A stretch of DNA of 64,000 nucleotides from Octopus sinensis (lineage: Eukaryota). The stretch covers positions 162,378,001 through 162,442,000 of the forward strand of contig NC_042997.1 in the NCBI RefSeq assembly GCF_006345805.1. The letters run 5' to 3'. This document shows positions 14,198-27,999 of the stretch, in pieces. A program made the position numbers and the translations under genes. The notes below the pieces were generated by a model that saw only the letters and a program-made list of their open reading frames with translations, was not told the origin of the DNA and did no database searches. Numbering within the stretch: the first letter of the stretch is position 1; every line of letters starts with the position of its first letter.

Positions 14198-15040
14198 ATA
14201 GGAGAAGGAAAGATCTAGAGAAGGGAAGACAGAGAGAAAAAAATCGCAGCGGTACACACGCGGTCGTATGTATGTATGTATGTATGTATGTATGTATGTA
14301 TGTATGTATGTATGTATGTATGTATGTATATGTACATGTGTGCGTGTGTGTGTATATATGTGTCCAAGCGTTAGTAGTATATGGAAGTATATGTGAACCA
14401 ACACGTATATGTATGTAGAGGCCGAATCTTAAAGGTCAGCCAAGGACAATCGCATGGGTAACCAACCATGAAATTCAAATCAACAATACAAAGAAATCAA
14501 ATGCCAATTCCTTTAAAACAGCAACCACTTTAACAGTAACAATAACAGAATCACCATCCCACTGCATCTACACATTCAAAGCAGTTTGTAAACGACCCTC
14601 CAGCAACAACACACCCTGATAAGCTCAGTGACTACTACTAAATTCAGGCCACGATGGGATGCTGTTGAAGCCGAGTATTTCGAACTTACGGAGAGAATAT
14701 TTACATATCACCTGAGGAAACACAAACTGATCTCACAATGCAGAGAAACTACGTTGCGTGGAAAGAATGTAGTGATTAAAAAATAAATGTCTAACCGTAC
14801 TCCTTCTTGTTGACTCCAATTTTTTCAGTTATCTATTCACACACGGCAGATGCCCTAAACGCAAACCTGGAAGTACGTATAATACTACACTACTAGATAG
14901 CACAGGGTAGATCTAAAGGTGGAATACGTTCTGTTAAGAACGTATACCACAGCTATCACCTTGATAGATCGCCACGATACCACAGCTATAGCCATGATAG
15001 ATCGTTAGCGACTACACTTTCTTTATTTTCTCTCCTTCTT

Positions 15041-15078
15041 TCTTTCTGTGGAAGAGCGTAGGGTCGAAACGTTAAAGA
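15041..15078 (+). ncRNA. Minimal hammerhead-like motif, core CUGUGGA
   Basis: ucuuu-CUGUGGA-a-gagc-guag-gguc-GAAA-cguu-aaaga; one mismatch in stem II. Confidence 0.5.
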
Positions 15079-15171
15079 CTTTTTCACTTCCCGAGCGTTA
15101 AAAACTAATACATCTGTTTATTGTCTACACCATCTGTCTTCGTCTTTTATTTTTTTTTGTGAATTCTCCCG

Positions 15172-15218
<47 letters not shown>

Positions 15219-15504
15219 TTAATAAAAGGGTTAAATTAATTATTAATTAATTAATTAATTAATCAATTAGTTAATTAATAATTAATAATTTTACCAAGTA
15301 GATCGGTACGTAAAATCAACTTTTTAGGTAAAATTATACAAATATTCTATTATTATAAACATAATTATAATTAGGAGTCAGCTAATTGCTTCACGACGTA
15401 TCGAATTTAGAAATAGGAGTAAAAATTCTTTTTCTGCTACCATAAAGATCTCCAGATAGTAACACACTTTTATAGAATATTTGTGTGTGTGTATATATAA
15501 TATA

Positions 15505-15561
<57 letters not shown>

Positions 15562-15768
15562 ATAAATTATCTTGTTTCTAAATAGAAGAAAACTGCAGTC
15601 TGAGAATTTTCCGGTTAGTAAATGTTTTTATCTTCATTTCACTTAATTTATCAAGCTTCTGTATTCCCAGCACATATTTCGCCTTAATGTACTGATATAT
15701 GAAAAATATATGGCTTGTGTTAGTAATACCAGCGATTATATTATTTTTTTATTTATCGCAATTGATTT

Positions 15769-15799
<31 letters not shown>

Positions 15800-16178
15800 A
15801 GATCCAAGGATCGAAGTGTAGGAAATAAGTTGGCTTCGAGCAATCCGTATTAAATGTCAAAACCAACTTTCAGGAACAATAGTGAGCGGTATATTGAGAC
15901 GGAAAGTTGTGAATTTTCGTTTTTTGTAACGGAGTATGATAACCTGAAAAAAATATTTTTATATTTCACGGTAGGGAACCAGGGTTGCCCAGTATGCAAA
16001 TAAGAATACAAGACTTAAGGAATGGAGTAGATAAGAAATGGAGTAGTTGAAGCATTCTGATCGAATCTTCCATGTGTTAACATGTACGTCCTTGCGACAA
16101 TATAAACTTACATTTAAGCAAGATACCTTTGGCCTGACGAGTAGCCTGCGGCATATACCTCCCATTCTTCTAACTCTT

Positions 16179-16267
<89 letters not shown>

Positions 16268-16295
16268 TATATATATAGATTATATATATATATAT

Positions 16296-16357
<62 letters not shown>

Positions 16358-16554
16358 TGATAGCTATCGCCAAGCTAACATTGCAGTCCAGAAAAATAGG
16401 ACGAATGCTGCCGTTTATTAGCTCAAGAGACCATCGCCTCTAGCTATGTGACGTGACACACAAACCTGTGTCCATTATAACCTTTGAACAGGGGAGGTCA
16501 GCAACTTCCCCTTGCTGGTCTGTATATATGCATATATATATATATTCATATATA

Positions 16555-17043
16555 CAATAATACCTCGATATACGAGTTAATTTGTTACCGGAAATCGCTC
16601 GTAAAGCGAAATCACGTAAGAAAAGCAGTGATTCCCATACTAGCAATGTTATACGTCGTAATTCGTTCCCAGAAAAATATTTTATCAATAAAATTTATAG
16701 TACTCTTAAATAAATGGCAATAAAACAACAGTGGAATGTAAAGGCTATTTTATGCAAAGTAAAAAGAATCGTTTTCTGAATCACTTTCACTCACATTAGA
16801 CTCGCGCACACCATCACTTGTCGACGTGATCACCAATTCACAAGCACTCGTAGACGGTCTTGTAGATTTCTTTTTAAAAACAAGTCTAGAGCTGTTTACT
16901 TAGAAATTATTTTTTTGCTCTCTACAAATTTCTGGACAGCACACACAAGCATTTCGTTCAAAATTTGGATCTTGTGCTTGAAAAATAAAACTCGTAAACC
17001 CAGGGTCTCGTAAAGCGGGTCCGCGTTAAGTGAGGTTTTAATA
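16555..17043 (-). mobile_element. Second copy of the Tigger/pogo-like element, inverted
   Basis: Reverse complement aligns with 1249-1712 (shared TACGAGTTTTATTTTTCAAGCACAAGATCCAA and AAAAGAAATCTACAAG). Confidence 0.8.
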
Positions 17044-17051
17044 TATATATG

Positions 17052-17132
<81 letters not shown>

Positions 17133-17328
17133 CGGGAAGCTTTATGAAAATAGACAAAAGACGAAGGCAGGTGGAAAACAAACGAACAATTGTATTAGTA
17201 TGGCGCTCAGGAAATATAAATAAAACAAGTCTTTAACGTTTCGAGCCTACGCTCTTCAACAGAAAGATACACAGAGAGAAAAAACACAGAAAGAAGGAGA
17301 GAAAAAATGCGTGCAGTAGCTAACGAAT

Positions 17329-17406
<78 letters not shown>

Positions 17407-17473
17407 GCTATATATATATATATGTATGTATATATATGTATATTATATATGCATGTATATATATATGTAAATA

Positions 17474-17539
<66 letters not shown>

Positions 17540-17694
17540 CGAGAATATGTATATATTGTGTGTATACATATAGACATACATACATATATACATGTGTAAT
17601 ATAGATATATATGCAGAAAGAGAACGGGTGAGAGAGCGGTGCAAGGAGGGCGAGAAATATATTAAAATATTAAATCGAGTATAATTATATTATG

Positions 17695-17776
<82 letters not shown>

Positions 17777-17961
17777 TTCAGCAAAATATTAAGATTCCAA
17801 TGAATTCAAATGATATGGTACTTAACTTAGATGCACCAGAATTCTTTATGGTATTAGCCATAATAATGTGGGGTGATTGTATTTGCTGCAATATTTGCTG
17901 TGATTGTATTTGCTGCAATATTTGCTGCAATATGTATATACACACGTATATACATATCTCG

Positions 17962-18039
<78 letters not shown>

Positions 18040-18071
18040 TGCATATATATATACATGCATATATATATACA

Positions 18072-18115
<44 letters not shown>

Positions 18116-18144
18116 ATATATATATATGCATGTATATATATGCA

Positions 18145-18186
<42 letters not shown>

Positions 18187-18275
18187 AGAAATATGTATAT
18201 ACGTGTGTATACATACATACCTACATACATACATACATGCATGCATGCATACATACACATACATACATACATACA

Positions 18276-18308
<33 letters not shown>

Positions 18309-18420
18309 GCAATATAGATATATATACAGAAAGAGATCGGGTGAGAGAGCGGGGCAAGGAGGGCGAGATATATATTAAAATACTAAACCGAGTATAATTT
18401 TACAAATATAAGCCCAGTAT
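17040..18420. repeat. (TA)n-rich region with a duplicated unit
   Basis: CAGAAAGAGA.CGGGTGAGAGAGCGG.GCAAGGAGGGCGAGA at about 17612 and 18327. Confidence 0.85.
17230..17267 (-). ncRNA. Minimal hammerhead-like motif, core CUGUUGA
   Basis: ucuuu-CUGUUGA-a-gagc-guag-gcuc-GAAA-cguu-aaaga; stems I and II perfect. Confidence 0.6.
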
Positions 18421-18787
18421 AGATTTATAATTATAAAATGAGGCACAGAATTATTCAATTAACATTTGTGTTCATTAATTAATCAAAAATACATTCTTTG
18501 ATCACGATTAAAATAATTCAAGTATCCGCTATTAAAATATTAAGTGATATGTATTTTTTTCTCGAAGTCACCACTTATATTTTCATTATTTTCCCTTGAA
18601 GTACCCTTTCAGATCCTTCATTCTTGTTGTTGCTGTTGCTGCTGCTGCTGCTGATGATGATGATGATGACGCTTTTCTGGTACAGTCCCAGTTCCATGCT
18701 AATCAAATGGCAGCCTACCTTCGACTGTCATGCAATTTTAGGGAAATTTAGGACTATTTTCTTATATTTAAATATTTAAGATGTAGG

Positions 18788-18838
<51 letters not shown>

Positions 18839-19221
18839 GTTTTATTATTCAGCTAAATGAAATGTCCTTGTCAAATCTTGCCAACCGCTTCCCTCTTCAT
18901 TTCTGTTTTAATCTATACCTACATGCTCAAGGTGAAGCCACTTATAGCCGCTTTAGAAAGGCAGTAACAAATTCGTATGTTCCACTTCAGTTCATACCAG
19001 AATTTGAGTGGCACACCAAATTGAGTACTTAGAATTCATACTTTTTACTTTGATTTCCCCTGACGAAAACTCATATATTTTATAGATAGATAGATAGATA
19101 TAGATATAGACACACACATACACACACACATATATATAGATATATATACATAAATATATATATCTATATAAATATAAATATTTATGTATGTATATATGTA
19201 AGTATATATATGTATATACAC

Positions 19222-19269
<48 letters not shown>

Positions 19270-20658
19270 ACATACACATATATATAAGTATATAAGTATA
19301 TAAGTATGTATATATATATATATATATACATACATATATATATTATATATATATATATATATATACATATATACAGAGAGAGAAAGAAAGAAAGAAAGAA
19401 AGAGAGAAAGAAAGAAGGGGAGAGGAAGTAGAGAGAAAGTAAGAATGAACCTCTTAAAACATCACTCTATGCGTTTCAATTACGTGCTTATTTCTTCAAC
19501 GATGCATAACGAGTGCGCAATATTATGTAACTTCACATAATTGTACAACTGCACCATTTCATCTAGCGATATCCAGCCTTCCGCCAGTGAAATCAAAATC
19601 AACTCCACGGAAGGCCGGATTTAGCCTGAAGAAATGGTGCGGCTATGCGATAACAGAAAAATTTCGTAATGTTGCCTAATTGTTATGCATTGTAGACTAA
19701 ACCTACTGAAACAGGTGCAGTGATGTCCGTTCTTATTTCTTTACATGATATTCCGTGTAATACGTAACGATTATACCTTTGATATATGCATGGATTTACA
19801 GGATGCCTGGGGTCATTATATAACTATCTAAATAAATCGCACAGACTGCTGTATTGACTAGTGGAATGACTAGGAATATCTATGTATTCCTTCAGAACAG
19901 CCTGTGAATCTTATATATATCGACGTATTCCGAGAGAGAGAGAGAGAGAAAGGGGGAAGAGAGAAAGAGGGCTGAAGCATGATGTAGAGAATGCCATATA
20001 TAATATATCCTTAAGTTTAAAAAAAATATTTGTTAGTAAAGAAGGAAAGGAAACAAGAACCTGACGGCAATTGTTTGTGACTATCAATGACAAAGGGAAA
20101 TAATTTCAAGAAATTAAGAATGAATTTATCGTGTTAATGTACTCGTAGGAAAAGTATAGGATGATCTTTGTTTGCTGGCTAATGGAAACTAAGTAGGTAT
20201 ACTTCGTTCTGAGATCTTAGCAGTTCAATATAAGCTCTAATTAGCTAATAATCGTAAGTTACATTTTTTCATATATTAGAAGAATTAAATATATTTATGA
20301 CCAAGGGAAATTTACACGATTAAAAAATATCAAAGAGAGCCCATGACAGGAATTTAGATAACTAAGTTCCAAGGTGGTGTCTTGGATGCAATATATAACG
20401 AATTCTTAATTTTTTTGAAAATTCCCTCCGACTTGGAAATGAAAAACAGAAACCTTGCGGATTTTTTGGCAATAACTTTAAAAAAAAAAGAATTGCAGAA
20501 GGTAATTTGCATGCAAAGGAAAGGTCATCTTGATCTTTGTCATTGCCAAGAAAGCAATATGCAAATCAGATTCAAGCTAATTTTGCTTAAGCCCGCAATA
20601 ATAAACAGCAACAACAATGTGTGTGTGTGTGTGTGTGTGCGTGTATGTGTGTGTGCGC

Positions 20659-20689
<31 letters not shown>

Positions 20690-20739
20690 TGTGTAAGAAT
20701 ATATATATAGAAGAAGCGGTTTATATTGTCTCTGCAGAC

Positions 20740-21005
20740 CCTCCAAGACGAGCGAGGTTGATATCGTTAACATTCCGCTTAAACTATTACAAGTCAACGC
20801 CTACAGGTAAGACATGAGCAGGATGGGGGGTTCCAGAGGATCGACATTCTGAGGGAGAGGAAATAAGTTAGCGCGGGACAGGGAACTTCGATGCAACATG
20901 GATGATGAGATGAGATACATGTTAGTCGAGAGTATTTGAATGGAAGTGATACAGGAGCAGTCGGCTCCGTGAAATAGAGGCCATTGTAGTAGTGGTAAAA
21001 AAGCA

Positions 21006-21060
<55 letters not shown>

Positions 21061-23540
21061 GAGTCAGAATATCTAAGAGCTACAAGTTGAAACGTGCCGG
21101 TGAGAAACTTTAATCCACCGGGTCGAGTGGCCTTTCTCTATAATGGATGTGTGCAGTATCAGCATTGTTCCAGATATGAACGAGCAATATTCAGCTGAAC
21201 TTTGTAGAGTGTAAGAAGTTGTTATAGGAAGAAGTAATTTCTAGTCTTGAAGTGAAAGACTAGACGTTATGGTATGGTTCAAGCTAGGTTAAGGATGTAC
21301 AGTCGCTATGGAAATTCTCCCGTAAAATTTCCTCTAATATTTGAAGTGATCGCAAGGGTGTGTTGCTCGTATTTAAAAGGGACGATGTTACTCCATGATA
21401 TTTTTGTTGGTACGAGTTATAAGAAACATGAAATATTGAAAAACACAAGATTAACATATCACGATTTGAGAATATTTTCGAGGACTCTGTTCATAGAAAC
21501 AGTGCAACCTTGGTGAGCGGTGTCTAGATTGCATGTAGATGACGCTTAGTTGGGGAAGATTAAAGAACAACGAAGAATATCTGCGCACGTATGAATATTG
21601 TTGGACATGACGGCAAGTATGTCATAGGTGCATTCAACGAATAGAGTAGGGTACAATACCAAACACAGGAAAACAATTGTTTCGTGTGAGAAAGAACTGC
21701 ATCAGTAAACCCAAGGATAATGCAATCTGATAGGAAGATACTAATTCAAGAGATGACACCTGGATGAAGCCCACAGGTGAAACGATTTGACAGACAATTT
21801 GCATACAAGATTCGACTGAAACTTTATTGATATCAACTTTAACGACATTGCTTTTAATAGATCTTCTTTAGGTGAGATCTCGATAGTGATGATATTGAAG
21901 ACAAGGTCTCCAATGGATCTGGTATTACGGTAGAAACTACAGACTGTCATTGAGGAGAGAGATATATTCAAGATATTGGAGAACATCATTGTTACTGGGT
22001 CCTGTTAAATATGAGATATTGAAAATGTGTGCGATAGCACTGTAATCAGCTGGTTCAGAGGGGTTGCCGTCTTAGGAGCTGGACACATTGTGACGTTTTT
22101 CGAAGATCAGGGTATATTTCTGTAGTGAAGGAAATATTGAAAGAGTTTGGTGCGTATAAAGTCTAGTTCTAGAGTACATAGTTTGGATAATGGAAAGGAT
22201 TGTCAGAGCTGGTTGACTTGTTGGTTTGAAGCAACTGGAGGTATTTTCACACTTGGCGTATGTGTTTGTAAAGTAGTGAACCTGGAAGAAGGAAATAAAT
22301 TTGGAGGTGATAAATGTGGGCTATGTGAAACGGGCAGATGAGAAAGGGGCAGTTGAGAAGTGGGTAGTGTGGATGGGGGTTTTCTCATTCGAAATAGTGC
22401 TCACATGACCATCATGGTTGAAAAGTAGAGGACAAGAGAATTCTACAAACTTGGTGGAGATCCTTTTGGTAGGAGACCAGAGGGATCAGAAACAGTTTGT
22501 GAAAAGAGGTAGGTTGAAGGTTGTACGATGCATGAAGATATTCTTATTGGTTTAGATAGCATTCTTACAAAAATTGTAGTTCTAGATAAACGTCGACCAG
22601 TTTTTGTTAGTAGGTGGATTTCCCTAGGGTTTGGTTTAGATTGAACATATCTGCTGTGTAACTACAAATGAATCTCTTGGGCACCTTCTCATACTGAGTT
22701 TTTTGTTATGCGTTGGATATGGAGAGACATGCCTTAGAGGATGGTTTCACTTACCTCACCTTACTATTTCTGATGGGTCAGGGGTAAAGCACACTTGCTG
22801 TCAGGGTCAGTAGGCATAAAATTGATGAAGCTCTAAATAGTCATCAGGTTTGTAGTATCATAAACTCTTGCGGGTAGAGGCATTTAGGTAGTATGTGGAT
22901 GAATGTCGGGTTGTCGCAACGTTAGTCGGACGGCCTGATATGACCAGGGGCAGCTATGATCAGGCAGAGGTTAAGTTTGAAGTGAGAAAGAGGCTTCAGG
23001 TGTTTTAGAATGTCTGTGGATTGAACAGCGATGCTTGTATAGGATGGAACAAGTTGATTTAGAGATTGATTGAAAGAAGTTGATGAAGGAAGTTGATGAT
23101 TGCAAAAGATTTAGCATTTGCAGCGGTGGCATTGGCATGAGTGGGAAAGCCAAAAGGAGTTAGGAACAATAGAGTCACTGAGGAGGATAAATTTAGGAGA
23201 GGGTGAAGTAAATATGTAATTAATGCGGAGGGAGATACGGTCAAAAAGTTGCTGGTGGTTCGAGGAGCTAGGAAAGTAGAAGGCTGAAATGTATTGGGAA
23301 GGGTGGGAGAAGGATATCTTTGAACTACAGCAATTGTAACTTTTTGTTGCAGATATTCTGATGAGGGAGATAAGTAACAGGGAGATAAGGAGAGTGGAGT
23401 CTACATAGGCATAGACACCAATTTTGAAGATGAAGTTTGAGTATAACCTGGCGACCAGAGAATGATCATAAATGGTCGATATGTTAAGTAGCAGTCACAT
23501 ATTGGGCTATTTAAGCTCCACACATCCTACTCCTCCAAAA
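20740..23540 (-). mobile_element. CR1/L2-group LINE (APE plus RT), heavily degraded
   Basis: Remnants of the LDISKAFDRV region (about 21840), LTLYK..IR..LEYC (about 21200) and a WNSLP...FK.NVN C-terminus (about 20800); interrupted by (AG)n 21010-21057. Confidence 0.6.
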
Positions 23541-23639
23541 TCTGCGGTCAATTCTTGATTTGCGGTCGATTCTCGGTGTAAGAAACTTAGTAATTTAATT
23601 ATGTATATCATATATAAGTTTAATATTTACATACAGGAA

Positions 23640-23833
23640 CGTGGCGAGCTGGCGCGCAAAATGTTTGCCAGCATTTCGTTCGTCTTTACGTTCTAAGTTC
23701 AAATTTCGCCGAAGTCGACCTTACCTTTCATTCTTTCGGGGTCAAAAAAATATGTATCAGTTGAGCATTGGGGTCGATATAATCTACTAACACCTCTCCT
23801 AAAATTGCTAACTTTGTGCCAAAATTTGTGACC
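23640..23833 (+). mobile_element. SINE family A (tail type 2)
   Basis: Same head; near-perfect TSD AATATTT(T)ACATACAGGA. Confidence 0.85.
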
Positions 23834-23966
23834 AATATTTACATACAGGACCGGATTGAAGCCAACCGATACTTAAGCTCACCTCTACAACAATTCTTTC
23901 GACCATTTCGTTGGCAAACACAAGTCATTAAGACATAACTGCCGAATGTAATATAAAAGATCAAAA

Positions 23967-24181
23967 AGGCGGCGAGCTGGCAGAACCGTTAGCACGCCGA
24001 GCGAAATGCGTAGCCGTATTTCGTCTGCCGTTACGTTTTGAGTTCAAATACCGCCGAGGTCGACTTTGCCTTTCATCCTTTCGGGGTCGATAAATTAAGT
24101 ACCAGTTGCGTAGTGGCGTCGATCTAATCGACTGGCCACTCCTTCCCAAAAATTTCGGGCCTTGTGCCTAGAGTAGAAAAG
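23967..24181 (+). mobile_element. SINE family A (tail type 2)
   Basis: 17-bp TSD AATATAAAAGATCAAAA (23950-23966 and 24182-24198). Confidence 0.9.
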
Positions 24182-24642
24182 AATATAAAAGATCAAAACT
24201 CAGTATTCTTCCAGGCTATTTCCCGTATCAAATCCCACCAAGTGTATAAAATATAATCTGTTTAATTAAATTTAACACTAATACAATTTGTTAATACAAA
24301 CAGTATTAACAAATAATATACTCATTACTAGGACAACAGAAATTAAAAGAAATCTCTCTTTTTTTTTTAACTGCAAAGTCTTTGATCGAAATTAATCTAT
24401 CATTACAAATCATTTGTCTGATAGCATAGTTGTTATGTTAATTTTTTTCTATGATATCATGTACACACAACGTCTAGCTTACACCGCCTTTTAATTTAGT
24501 AGTTGTTCATTTTAATATAAAGTAATTTACTTAATGAGAAATTCAGGAAATTCCTTGTCACTTTAGGTCAAACAGCACGTTAAGGTAAATCAATTTCATG
24601 CTTCAAAATACTAACGAAAACAGTAAGCAAACTTCCGATGTC

Positions 24643-24682
<40 letters not shown>

Positions 24683-24747
24683 ATAATAACAATATAAAAA
24701 TAACAGGAACCAAGAGGTGGAACGAAACGACGAATCGACACACATAC

Positions 24748-24975
24748 ACAGTGCAGCAGAAAGGTTGCCCCGATTTCAAAGGTTAATAATAAAAATAAAA
24801 AAAAAACATGAAGGTACAAGTTAAAATGATGTTCTCCACTCTAGAACATGGTGGGTCCTACCTGAAAATGGCATTTAATGAACTTCATAGAAATACAAAG
24901 TTTTTTCATGCATTTTCATGTGTTTGCTTTTTATCAGCCTTTGAAATCAGAGCAACCTTACTGCCGCACCCTGCA
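24748..24975. mobile_element. Small MITE-like element
   Basis: Inverted arms GCAGAAAGGTTGCCCCGATTTCAAAGG and CCTTTGAAATCAGAGCAACCTTACTGC. Confidence 0.5.
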
Positions 24976-25107
24976 TATATGTATATACGTACATACATAT
25001 ATATACATATATGTATATACATGCATACATACATATATATACATATATGTATATGCATACATACATATATGTATATACATACTTACATGCATATATATAC
25101 ATACTTC

Positions 25108-25141
<34 letters not shown>

Positions 25142-25269
25142 TATATATATATGTGTGTGTGTGTGTGTGTATATATGTATGTATATGTATGTATGTATAT
25201 ATGTATATATGTATGTATGTATATATGTATATATGTATGTATGTATGTATCTATTATGTATGTTTGTAT

Positions 25270-27950
25270 GTATGTGCAAATTTGTAAGTTTTATATATGT
25301 ATTCTCATGTATAATAGAATTACATATCTAGATATGCTCATATATATTTAAATGATAAACGTCTGGAAAGTTTTATAGATTTTTACAGTTCCTGTGATGG
25401 ATTGGATCTGTAGCCATCGAATTAGCCTTCTCCTTTCTGGTTTTGAGAAGCCTAACTTCTCAAGATTGGTATTTAGGCGGTGTGTAACATATCCCTGGTT
25501 CCCAACAATTTCAGGTATAAACCTGAACTTGTTATCTGGATACAGTAACTGCAGATTTCTCAATAATTCAGCATTGGTGTTCCCTTTTTTACTGATCTTC
25601 AGCTTAATGTTAACATCCGCTAGGAAGCTGTTTCCACAACTGTGCAGTTTCTCTTCTCTATCCCAAATCATTATATCAGGACTGTTGTGCTTACATTTTA
25701 TTGAGGTCTTCACTGGTACATTCCTCCAGTATTCCTTTTTATTATGAGTGGCTATGGCTTCTACCATATTATGAGTTTTTATTTCTTTGTCCTCGGGGTT
25801 ATCCTTCCGACGGATTTCATTATCGAGTGTCCTAGCTATAGCGTCATGTCTCATCGGTAGATAATACCATGATGACATTTTCGGATAACTGCTTATGTTG
25901 TGGGAGATATCTTCAGTGTGAACTCCACAAAGTCTGCATCGGTTGTCACATTTTACGGCTTTTCCCGCATCTTATCCCTTTTGTGCATCAGGTACTTGGT
26001 TGATATTTCCTGTTCCTGGATTACAAATGCATACCTTTCAAAGTGGGCGTAATAATCCGGCTATTCGTCCATGATAAACTGTTTTGATGATTGATGTTAC
26101 TATCATCACGGAGCTTTCTACTAACATATCTATGCATAGTCTTCTGCTTATATAGGCTCATCCTTTCATCTGATGATATGTTACGGTAGAGTCGTGCAAT
26201 TTCTTTAGGCATGTATTCTTCGTTATCGGACAAAGAGTGTTGCTCAAGGAGCTGCCTTCCAAGTCTTATGATGTTATCAGCTTCATGTATGCATACTTGG
26301 TCAAGGGATGCACTTCGACGCTTGGTGATTAAAAGATGTTGCCGAAGGGATAAAATGCGACATTCAAAGGCATTTTGGATCAATGTTAAGCTTCTTCCAC
26401 TTTGTTTTCGTTTTAGGTAGAGGCGGTCTATATCACTGTTTATGTGGAAATTATGTGTGCTTGTTAGTATTTTTCGGGTTTTCACATCAACGGCTCAGAT
26501 CTCATCAAGCATCCAATCAAGCAGTTCAAATGTTGGGATGAGTACTGGTGCTGCAAACATATTCTGGGACACTGTTTTATTGAATGCAGAGAGTTATGAG
26601 GTCCAAATTTTCTTTATTCGGCTGTAATATTCTTTAGTGACACGTATTTTGTTACAGGTGCCACTGTAAGATAGATTTTCATTCACCTCTAGATACCTGT
26701 AACATACCTCGTCAGATACAGGGGAAACATTCAAATCATTGACGGAGATGCTACTAGTCTGGTTAATAGATTGCCTCCATTTCACAACCATATTACAACA
26801 TTTATCCTAACCAAACTCCAACCCTACATCCTTCGAGAATGTTGCAAGTAGATCAAGGATCTTTTTCATCTCATGCATATTTTTTGCATAAAGTTTTAAG
26901 CCATCCACAAAGAAACAGGTGTAATTTTTGTATTTCTGTTTCCTTGTGAACCAGTGAGATACCCTTCAGACTTCCTTAACATGAATGACAAGGGGTTACA
27001 GCAAGTATAAACAACATCACAGAGAGGTTGTCTCCTTGGAATATGCCTTTGCGATATTGTATTCTATCAGTGATAATACAGTCACTCTTTGTGTTTAATT
27101 TCGATGAAGTCAGGCCAGCTATGGCTTTGACTATTCTCACTGGAACTTTAGCAAGTAGAAGGTTTCTAACATCCATGAGTGAGGAACAGAGTCAAAGGCT
27201 TTCTTGTAATCTAGCCACATTAAAACTAGGTTCCTCCTATGCTCTCGCACCTCTGACATCACAGTTTTGCTGATTAGCAATTGCTCGGTAAATCCCCAGG
27301 ACTTCCTTCTTCCCAGCTGCTTCTTCTGCTGTGCTAATGTTACTGGTTTCACAATGGTCATGGTGGAAGAGGTTTAAACATGCTGTATATATCTTATACA
27401 TTAAGTTCTGGTACGCAATTGGTCGGTAGTTCTTTGCCATGCGAATGGTTCTGCATTTGGGAATCAATTTTGACTCTGCTAGAACCAGCCAGTGTGGTAG
27501 AATGTTAGTTTCTTGTACCAATATCCAACAATCAAATCTCTTCCAGGTGCTTTTCCATCCTGGAGTTTCTGGATCACAGTTGCAAGAGTTTCACTATCAA
27601 TGTTGTATGTCCTGGATGTAAAGCAGAAGCAATAACTTTTTCGGATTTCTTCCAGCCACAGAGCATCTTGGTTAAATTCTTTCTCTTCACTCCAGATTTT
27701 TCTCCAGGAGGCTGTCTTCTTGTGAAGGAGCTTCCGTGATATTTTTTGTTCCTCCTCTCATGTCTCTGTATGCTGCCGCCTGGTTAAATTTTTTGTTTAT
27801 TGTTCTTCTCTCGGTTATTCTCTTCTGATGTCGGAGTTTTTCACTGACAGCTTTTAGCTCTTGCTTTAGGGTAATCAGTTTGCAAGTGAGTGTCCCCTTT
27901 TTGTTGTATCCAAACATCATTTCTGTCTCCTTCATCACTTTCTGTTAGTG
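25270..27950 (-). mobile_element. R4/Dong-like non-LTR retrotransposon (RT plus REL endonuclease), 5'-truncated and degraded
   Basis: NYRPIAYQNLMYKIYT, WLDYKKAFDSVPHSW, GIFQGDNLS, SDIDRLYLKRKQSGRSL, zinc-knuckle CRLC..H, RHDAIA, HNSPDIMIWD; 3'UTR runs into (CATA)n. Confidence 0.9.
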
Positions 27951-27999
27951 GGAGGTATAGTGATTTACTTGTTTGCATGCAGTAAGCATCATTACATGA

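Noticed and set aside
15380-15440. Degenerate hammerhead-like trace on - (CAGAAAA...gaattt/aaattc...GATA-cgtcgt); similar trace near 52010-52070
   Set aside because: Two or more core positions are broken and stem I is unsupported; cannot be told from chance without a family alignment.
16131-16170. CTGACGA at about 16134 as another hammerhead
   Set aside because: No stem II closure or GAAA follows.
19440-19900. Unique-looking, moderately GC-rich stretch as an exon or conserved element (similar stretches at 5030-5330, 33960-34210, 58300-58620)
   Set aside because: No ORF, splice pair, repeat or structure I can support; needs cross-species alignment.
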